DNA of 64,000 nucleotides, from the NCBI GenBank assembly GCA_965205955.1, contig OZ242192.1:2128658-2192657 (forward strand), read 5' to 3'. The position numbers were made by a program, and so were the translations under genes. Positions 60,501 through 64,000 of this stretch are shown piece after piece; the stretch's first letter is position 1; each line of letters begins with the position of its first letter. The notes below the pieces were generated by a model. The model was not told the origin of the DNA. It made no database searches and worked only from the letters and a program-made list of their open reading frames with translations. This DNA is from Gammaproteobacteria bacterium (GTDB lineage: Bacteria; Pseudomonadota; Gammaproteobacteria; Eutrophobiales; Eutrophobiaceae).

Positions 60501-62370
60501 GCTGACGGTGCCGACCACCGACGACTCTACCGACGAGGCGAACGGCACGATAACGGCAACGGTAACGGCGGGCACTGGCTACACAGTCGGCAGCCCGCCC
60601 ACAGCCAGTGTCACGGTCGAGGATAACGATGGTGCGCCGGACCCGGCCATCACGATTGCCGCCGTGTCTTCCTCGGTGACCGAGGGGGCGGCGGCAACCT
60701 TCACGCTGACGGCAACCCCTGCTCCGGCGGCGAACCTGACGGTGACGGTTACGGTCACCGAGACGGGCACGTTCATTAACGGCGCGGCGCCGACGACGGT
60801 GACGATTCCCTCCTCAGGGTCGGCAACGCTGACGGTGCCGACCACCGACGACGCTACCGACGAGGCGAACGGCACGATAACGGCAACGGTAACGGCGGGC
60901 AGCGGCTACACAGTCGGCAGCCCGCTCACAGCCAGTGTCACGGTCGAGGATAACGATGCTGCGCCGGTGACACCGGACCCGGAGCAGATCGACCCGGAGC
61001 AGACCGAGCAACTGCATGAGGAAATCGCCCCGCAAGCGGTGCAGGCGATTGCCGGCAACGTGGTTGCCTCGGTAGGCGCGCGCATTGAGACGGCTATCCA
61101 GGGCGCCCCGCCCACCGGCGGTGTGCGGCTGGATGGACAGGGCATAGAGGGGGATGGGAAGGCCGTCCTGCTCGGTTTCCTGGACAAGGCGCCGGAATAT
61201 ACGCGCTCGATCAAAGAGGGCACACTGGACTGGAAGCGGATGCTGGCCAATTCTTCTTTTGCGTTGAATGCTGCCGGTGGGCACGGTATCGGCGGCGCTA
61301 TCAGCCTGTGGGGCAGCGGTCACTACACCGAATTTGATGGGGATGACAATAATCTCGATTGGGACGGCGATTCCTACGGCTTCCAAATCGGCGCAGATAC
61401 CCGCTGGAATAACAATCTGCTGACGGGCCTGTCGGTCTCGTGGAGTGAGGGCGAGGTGGAATATATTCAGGGCAGCGGTGACTCAAGAGAAGAAGGCGAC
61501 TATACGCTGACGCTGGTCGGCATTCATCCGTATCTGGGCTGGTCGAATGACAGCGGCAGCTTGAGTCTGTGGGGCAGCTTCGGTTATGCGGACGGCGAGG
61601 TGGAGATTGAGCCGGACGGCGGCAGCCGGCGCACCCACGATACCACGCTGGTTTCGGTAGCGGGCGGGTTCAAACACCGGCTGACGGGTTTCCTGAATGT
61701 CAAGGGCGACTTTTCCGCTATAGAGACCGATATAGATGAGTCAGTGGATGTCACCAATGACCGGGATCTGACGGTGGACTCGCAACGCCTGCGGCTGTTG
61801 CTTGAGGGGTACCATCAAAACCAACTGGGCGGTGGCCGCACGCTGACGCAAAGCGCCGAGGTGGGCTACCGGGTTGATGGAGGCGACAGCGATGCCGATA
61901 CGGACGGGGCGGAGCTGGCGCTGGGCTTTGACTACCATAACCCGGCTGCCGGCCTGACTCTGGCGGGCAAAGGGCGGGCGCTGGTAGGCAATAGCGACTA
62001 CCGGGAATGGAGCGTATCCGGCCTGATCAGGCTGCAACCGCAAGCCTATGGGCAGGGGCTGACCTTCACCCTGGAGCCTGGCTACGGCGGTACGGCAAGT
62101 GAAGCCGGGGAACTGTGGAACCGCAACAGGGCCTACACGCCAATCGAACGCAATGAGTACGGTGCGCAGATGAAGGCACACCTGGGCTACAGGTTGAATG
62201 GTTTTGTCACCCCATACACCGAGGTGACGAGCGGGGAGGCGCTGCGCCGTTTCCGCATGGGCGTGAAGTGGCAGTTGGGCGAGGCGCTGGATTTGGATCT
62301 GTTCGGGGAGCAGTATGAAGCGGCAGATACGGATAATGTATTGAGGTTGGAGGGGGAATTGCGGTTTTAA
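48511..62370 (+). CDS. giant repetitive autotransporter (type Va) adhesin-like protein with Calx-beta, SwmB-type and Ig-like repeats
   Basis: I place the start at ATG 48511 (MLKRLTALLLLSVATFAPMPAVSQ signal, GGGGA RBS). The tracked ORF starts at 48367. The passenger contains canonical Calx-beta units (...VTVDYADTTSGTATSGTDYEAVTAGTLTFAPGTTTQNIDVTVMGDADDEGDETVILRL). It also has units with LTFT.TNWNTAQTVTVTGVNDD, and SwmB-like units (LTLTYNEALG...TADYTV...VTLTLATAV..GQAVTLNYTPG.NPVQDT.GNDA). The C-terminal ~340 aa are a beta-barrel (alternating pattern, GFQIGADTRW, terminal ...LEGELRF). Confidence 0.85.
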   Translation: MLKRLTALLLLSVATFAPMPAVSQTDPCDGDLTWTGITPDCLSPGDNYRILFVTSRGINATSNSITAYNSFIQTNINLAGAPLNSLTFRALGSTTAVNARDNTGTTGTGAGIRTFYYRGRKVADSYTDLYDGTWDTNEPRDEDGTGTTVNRVFTGTRNNGTTGLPLGSTMFVDVGNPRSTDSPLSLSSVGIPSSLRPVYALSDVLTVPDLMPMFTPGASIPPQTYTVGTTITPLTLPVATGGNPALTYTIAPTLPAGLTLGGANGNILSGTPGLGTVQTITTHTYTVNDADTNTAPADTDTLTFTITINMATTLAIFGDLSGVITEDAVPNTVSGTVSIAAGSASTMFTAQTATAGNYGSFTLTPVAGNDDMAMWTYTLDNDNTDVNALASADTLTETLPIAAVGVPNANVTITITGVNDAPTAVIDQGPILTVAPRERVTLTSAGSGDPESMLTYRWRIVTNGDPSLSLAGSSTDTATIFFDAPEVTGTDDYTIRLVVNDGTLSSQVDIIVRVVDPMADPTITIAADTASVTEGTAAAFTLTASPAAPVGGLTVTVSVTQDGTFIDGAPPTTVTIAAAATTAALTVATTDDNIDEAAGSVTVTVEDGTGYMGSGNTASVTVDDDDTADLSFTETGGTTIVTEMGSTDTYTVELATEPTNEVTIAVVSGNTAVAAVSSPSLTFTTANWNVAQTVTVTGVNDDIDFESDPELAVSHTGTSTDSNYEGLSRDVAVTVTDNDTADVTVSETTRTVVENGGTMTYTIMLDTEPLGDVTIAIESDATLVATVLPMSLTFTPSNWNTAQTVTVTGVNDAASGERTATVSHTPASTDDPIYAGLIIPSVVVTATDDNASALLAAVTPLGEGNLNRPTDTVTVTVTLMNTVYMPDAELDMSDFMLTDDVAGEVTVSDVTRTSDRVATLTLTHDGEDITSDGMLSVTVLASAHTGSDNLPAGSVPIDATAQIVTVNRVTLITTGPYGLGDNIEMRINFNENVFVTGVPNARLLIGGNQRDAAYNRGSGTRELIFRRTVVTGDDDAGGVRVRGNILLGGPGVIRDAAGNDAMNTTLTATRGFANQEIDATLPMLSTATVTGTALTLTYNEALGASTPSTADYTVTVGTGPGTVNDVAISGMTVTLTLATAVTGGQAVTLNYTPGANPVQDTVGNDAARLTNRGVTSTSGTVAVSLNPIAGDDIVNIAEQADGFTISGTMAAGSTVTVTIGGSATTRDATETGTTTWTLAIPGGDTEITDPSVVVVATAMLSDGTMGTVTRPLTVDLMRPTATYAPPPTLTVGMAITLIEPGSPSMDIASYAVQGGTLPPGLTLNGGTGDISGAPTTANASTAPVTIRLTDTARNTADLSPITFPIVAMGSQTLTGFAYSSSTAMVGQPAPTVTPPTGAVAGSILSYTTTSAVCTVSATGALTLVAAGDCVIMVTASATTNYNEATDTFTITVSGAALPSISIAAGTTVTEGTSATFTLTADPAPAGDLTVTVTVTDSGTFIAGAAPTTVTITGSETTAMLEVTTTDDSINEANGMITATVEGGAGYTVDATNNSDSVTVNDDDALPMLAIDSPSVLEGDDGDTPTLSYTVTLTGEREREVTVDYADTTSGTATSGTDYEAVTAGTLTFAPGTTTQNIDVTVMGDADDEGDETVILRLSGETNATITTADGTGTITDDDDPALPSISIAAGTAVDEGTAATFTLTADPAPGTDLIVTVTVTDSGNFIAGAAPTMVTITGSETTAMLEVTTTDDSINEANGMITATVEGGAGYTVDATNNSDSVTVNDDDALPMLAIDSPSVLEGDDGDTPTLSYTVTLTGEREREVTVDYADTTSGTATSGTDYEAVTAGTLTFAPGTTTQNIDVTVMGDADDEGDETVILRLSGETNATITTADGTGTITDDDDPALPSISIAAGTAVDEGTAATFTLTADPAPGTDLIVTVTVTDSGNFIAGAAPTMVTITGSETTAMLEVTTTDDSINEANGMITATVEGGAGYTVDATNNTASVTVNDDDALPMLAIDSPSVAEGNAGDTPTLSYTVTLTGEREREVTVDYADTTSGTATSGTDYEAVTAGTLTFAPGTTTQNIDVTVMGDVADEGDETVILRLSGETNATITTADGTGTITDDDGGPVAGVTVTPVTLSVPEDGGTTDTYTLVLDTAPTADVTIAVASDTVTAATVSSASLTFSTTNWNTAQTVTVTGVNDDVDNPSDERTATVSHVPTSADAGYTSVVIDPVTVTVTDDDDAGVTVDPTTLSVLEADGTSTYTVVLDTQPTGNVTITPESGDTMVATVSGALTFTTTDWSTAQTVTVTGVDDSDVNTPARTATVSHAPASADTTYNSVVIDPVVVTATDDDVAAASALLTAVTPLGEMNLRRSTTNTVTVTVTLMNTMYMPEADLDMSDFTLTDDVAGEVTVSTVTRTSDRVVTLRLAHGGEDITSDGMLSVTVLASAHTGSGDLPAGSVPIDATAPTVSSVAFSTTGPYGLDADIEVTITFSENVFVEGTSPNARLIISGNRVDAAYNRGSGSDVLIFRRTVVAGDDDADGVNILEDTLASGGGIIRDAAGNDAVRTNNRIEGGITQRVDTSFVAPPSITIAADTSPVTEGTAATFTLTADPAPAGDLTVTVTVTDSGNFIAGAAPTTVTITGSETTAMLTVMTEDDSADEANGMITVTVEDGAGYTVDGSGNTASVMVNDNDAPAAGVIVTPATLSVPEDGSSTADYTLVLNTAPTADVTIAVESDTVTAATVSSASLTFTPTNWDTAQTVTVTGVNDDVDNSGNARTATVTHAPTSADAGYGSVVIASVTVTVTDDDDAGVTVDPMTLSVLEADGTGTYILVLDTVPTADVTIAVTSDTVTAATVSSASLTFTPTNWNTAQTVTVTGVNDDVPGARTATVIHTAASGDGNYEGVAITIASVTVTVEDDDAVAGVTVTPATLSVPEDGGTTADYTLVLDTAPTADVTIAVASDTVTAATVSSASLTFTPTNWNTAQTVTVTGVNDDVDNPSDERTATVTHAPTSADAGYGSVVIDPVTVTVDDDDTADVTVDPMALMVPEASGTSTYTVVLDTEPLGDVTITPESSDTMAATVSGALTFTATNWNTPQTVTVTGVNDDDDNPGNARTASLSHTASGSDTIYNSVVIDPVTVTVTDDDGPTALLEAVSPTTLGERRLNSSTNRATVRVTLMNTEYVDTADLSGADFMLTDDVDGDVTVESAVTRDSDTVATLTLGHSGGISNDGTVSVTVLASAHTGSGDLPAVSLPIDATAPTVSSVAFSTTGPYGLGANIEVTITFSEDVFVEETTPNALLIIGISASEAAPYNRGEGSNTLVFRRTVGAGDDDADGVDIQGGVLLGGGGIIRDVAGNNVVRSGGTNNRISGGNDQRVDTSIIAPPSITIAADTSPVTEGTAAAFTLTASPPAPVGGLTVTVSVSQTGTFIEGVAPTTVTIAAAATTAALTVATTDDNIDEAAGSVTATVTAGTGYTVGSGNTASVTVDDNDAGTAPVLQTATVNRNMLALGYDTALDSTSTPAGADYTLMVDAGPLPTVSTVVITASTATLTLSESIIGNQTVTLDYTPGSNPLRDLASNNAVLLDDQAVVNTTPPFITDVVISSDPGADETYAIGEDIEVTVTFSEAVGVSSTPEISISGITVGNSSAAFVSGSGTTALLFRYTVVEGVLVSDGIGVSTLNVPGGATITASIDSTRLADRTFTALPPQSGHKIDGVRPALSSATVDDVTLTLAYAEALDGASTPANGDYTVMADSSPVTVSGVSISGMAVTLTLATAVTSGQAVTLDYTPGTNPVQDTAGNDAVILDDQTVGAGVLPSISITAVTSSVTEGAAATFTLTATPAPAANLTVMVTVTEAGTFISGAAPTTVTIPSSGSVTLTVPTTDDSTDEANGTITATVTAGSGYTVGSPLTASVTVEDNDGTPDPAITIAAVSSSVTEGAAATFTLTATPAPAANLTVMVTVTETGTFISSAAPTTVTIPSSGSVTLTVPTTDDSTDEANGTITATVTAGTGYTVGSPPTASVTVEDNDGAPDPAITIAAVSSSVTEGAAATFTLTATPAPAANLTVTVTVTETGTFINGAAPTTVTIPSSGSATLTVPTTDDATDEANGTITATVTAGSGYTVGSPLTASVTVEDNDAAPVTPDPEQIDPEQTEQLHEEIAPQAVQAIAGNVVASVGARIETAIQGAPPTGGVRLDGQGIEGDGKAVLLGFLDKAPEYTRSIKEGTLDWKRMLANSSFALNAAGGHGIGGAISLWGSGHYTEFDGDDNNLDWDGDSYGFQIGADTRWNNNLLTGLSVSWSEGEVEYIQGSGDSREEGDYTLTLVGIHPYLGWSNDSGSLSLWGSFGYADGEVEIEPDGGSRRTHDTTLVSVAGGFKHRLTGFLNVKGDFSAIETDIDESVDVTNDRDLTVDSQRLRLLLEGYHQNQLGGGRTLTQSAEVGYRVDGGDSDADTDGAELALGFDYHNPAAGLTLAGKGRALVGNSDYREWSVSGLIRLQPQAYGQGLTFTLEPGYGGTASEAGELWNRNRAYTPIERNEYGAQMKAHLGYRLNGFVTPYTEVTSGEALRRFRMGVKWQLGEALDLDLFGEQYEAADTDNVLRLEGELRF
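52876..54900 (+). repeat. 3 x 675-bp in-frame tandem repeat (225-aa two-domain unit) inside the giant gene
   Basis: gcgctgccgagcatctccatcgcc recurs at 52876, 53551 and 54226 (period exactly 675). By eye, units 2 and 3 are almost base-for-base identical over hundreds of nt. Confidence 0.9.
59989..60969 (+). repeat. 3 x 327-bp in-frame tandem repeat (109-aa Calx-beta-like unit) inside the giant gene
   Basis: Unit starts lie at 59989, 60316 and 60643 (P(S/A)I(S/T)I(T/A)AV(T/S)SSVTEGAAATFTLTATPAPAANLTV...). The units are near-identical. Confidence 0.9.
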
Positions 62371-62387
62371 TGGCCGCTACCCTCACC

Positions 62388-62440
62388 CCCGCTATTCCTG
62401 CGAAAAATTTATCCCCTGATCTGGGCAGGGGCAGGTATCC
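62388..62440 (+). repeat. REP-like element copy immediately 3' of the giant gene
   Basis: ccccgctattcctgcgaaaaatttatcccctgatctgggcaggggcaggtatcc. It matches 48026-48064 upstream of the gene in the same orientation, and the palindromes at 19008-19064 and 22609-22664. Confidence 0.8.
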
Positions 62441-62548
62441 TGAGCTACTTCAAAGAATGGATTCCTGCTTCCGTGTTTCGTCCCATTGACAGGCGATACT
62501 CTCTTTCAATCCAATCGGGGATTCAATATGTTCACAGGAGGTTGCAAA

Positions 62549-62692
62549 ATGAAGATTAAATTACACTGGCTGGCCACTACAACGCCCGCTACCCGAATGT
62601 ATATTCAGACTTCAAATAAAAGTGCGCCGGCCTTGTCGCGTGAGCTCGGGGTTTCTCTGCCGACGATTTACAAAGGAAACATATTTAAATGA
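62549..62692 (+). pseudogene. orphan N-terminal HTH fragment resembling an IS481-type transposase
   Basis: A 47-aa ORF behind an AGGAGG RBS: MKIKLHWLATTTPATRMYIQTSNKSAPALSRELGVSLPTIYKGNIFK. It resembles the (K)LH.NA.TTP..R..I + HTH (...G.S..T.YKW) start of IS481-family transposases, recalled from memory. No catalytic domain follows. Its stop overlaps the start of the next gene. Confidence 0.35.
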
Positions 62693-64000
62693 TAGAGCTT
62701 TTGTCAAAACAGCATATTGTTGCGAAACCGGGGTTTAATCGCTGGTTGATTGTGCCGGCGGCGCTGGGGATTCATCTGTGTATAGGCTCGGTCTATGCGT
62801 GGAGTCTGTTTAATCCGGCGCTGATTAAGCGTGTGGGGATCGTGACCGGGGCGGCGGATGATTGGTCGTTGAAGAGTGTGGTCTGGGTCTTTACGGTGGC
62901 TATCGTGTTTCTGGGGCTGGCGGCAGCAGTGGCAGGGAAGTGGCTGGAGCAGGTCGGGCCAAGAATGGTGGGGGTGGTGTCGGCTTGTTGCTGGGGCGGG
63001 GGGTTTTTTGTCGGTAGTCTGGGGATCGTGACCGGGCAGCTTTGGCTGCTTTATCTGGGCTATGGGGTGATCGGGGGTTGCGGTCTGGGTTTGGGGTACG
63101 TGTCGCCGGTGAGTACTTTGATTCGCTGGTTTCCAGACCGGCGCGGTATGGCTACGGGTATGGCGATTATGGGTTTCGGCGGCGGGGCAATGATCGCGAA
63201 GTTTATGATCGAGCCGTTTATCCGGCTGTTCTACCAGGCGCCGGAGTATCTGGGCGCGACGGAGTCGCTACGCCTGATTACGGAGTCGGGGCGCCGGATG
63301 GTGGATATGGGCGGGTCGCTGAGGGAGGTGGTGATCGTTGGGGCTAATGATGTGGCTAATATGCTGGTGCCCGGGGAGCAGGGGGTGTACCTGGTGGGTA
63401 CGGGTACGGTCGGGGTGTCTCAGGCGTTTTGTGCGCTGGGGGCGATCTATTTTGTGATTATGATGTGTGCGGCTTTTTCTTACCGGGTGCCGGCGGAAGG
63501 GTGGCAGCCGGCAGGTTGGCAGCCGCCAGAGGAGCATGAGCACGGGAGTATGATTACCCGGCATCATGTGCATATCGATGAGGCGCTGAAAACCCGCCAG
63601 TTTTATCAGCTGTGGGTTGTGCTTTGTTTTAATGTGACGGCGGGGATCGGGGTGCTGGCGGTGGCAAAGACGATGATGAATGAGATCTTTGGTTCGACGT
63701 TGCCGGATATAGTGGATTTTGGTTTTGCTTCTACGTATGTGCTGATGATCAGTCTGTTTAATATGATAGGCAGGTTTTTTTGGGCGAGCGCTTCGGATTA
63801 TGTTGGCCGGCGTAATACCTATTGGATGTTTTTTACGCTGGGGATTATTTTGTATTGTTCTATTCCTTATACGGCGCAGCAGGTGAGTGTGGATCCGGCT
63901 GTGGTCTGGCTGGTTTATTTTTATGCGGCTACGATGATTATTTTTACTATGTATGGCGGCGGGTTTGCGACGATACCGGCGTATCTGGCGGATATATTCG
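62689..64000 (+). CDS. MFS transporter, oxalate/formate antiporter (OFA) family, 3' end beyond window
   Basis: Not in the ORF track because there is no stop within the window. Frame 1 is open from ATG 62689: MIELLSKQHIVAKPGFNRWLIVPAALGIHLCIGSVYAWSLFNPALI...GYVSPVSTLIRWFPDRRGMATGMAIMGFGGGAMI.... This is the typical OFA-family MFS signature. Confidence 0.8.
   Translation, partial: MIELLSKQHIVAKPGFNRWLIVPAALGIHLCIGSVYAWSLFNPALIKRVGIVTGAADDWSLKSVVWVFTVAIVFLGLAAAVAGKWLEQVGPRMVGVVSACCWGGGFFVGSLGIVTGQLWLLYLGYGVIGGCGLGLGYVSPVSTLIRWFPDRRGMATGMAIMGFGGGAMIAKFMIEPFIRLFYQAPEYLGATESLRLITESGRRMVDMGGSLREVVIVGANDVANMLVPGEQGVYLVGTGTVGVSQAFCALGAIYFVIMMCAAFSYRVPAEGWQPAGWQPPEEHEHGSMITRHHVHIDEALKTRQFYQLWVVLCFNVTAGIGVLAVAKTMMNEIFGSTLPDIVDFGFASTYVLMISLFNMIGRFFWASASDYVGRRNTYWMFFTLGIILYCSIPYTAQQVSVDPAVVWLVYFYAATMIIFTMYGGGFATIPAYLADIF

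Overview
This window looks like a gammaproteobacterial chromosome. The backbone is ordinary housekeeping synteny: argD-argF, surE-pcm-nlpD-rpoS, adk, rpoD followed by a tRNA, purM / DUF2066 / AI-2E permease / hda / wrbA / arsC / yihY, argG, and prfB-lysS. Three accessory loci interrupt it.

(1) 12.1-31.1 kb, the most unusual part. A tRNA-Met is followed by two type IVa pilin genes. These converge on NINE intact, tandemly repeated, mosaic paralogs (about 1.6-2.0 kb per unit) of a polytopic membrane protein of about 530 aa. I interpret this protein as a GT-C-fold (ArnT/PMT_2-like) glycosyltransferase that uses a polyprenyl-phosphate-sugar donor. Directly upstream, co-directional, are a DPM1/GtrB-like GT2 and a UDP-glucuronate decarboxylase (UDP-xylose synthase family). 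Relics of the GT2 gene in every inter-paralog spacer, plus a decayed tenth copy between the two pilin genes, record how the array grew.

(2) 40.5-45.0 kb. An Hvf-type MNIO (DUF692) RiPP cluster whose precursor carries eight near-perfect 45-bp repeats (16 Cys in EGxCG motifs).

(3) 48.5-62.4 kb. A gene of about 4,620 codons for a giant autotransporter adhesin with near-identical internal tandem repeats. It is bracketed by copies of a palindromic REP-like element that also occurs inside the glycosyltransferase array, and a transposase HTH relic lies downstream.

All functional calls rest on motifs read by eye from the translations. No database search was possible.
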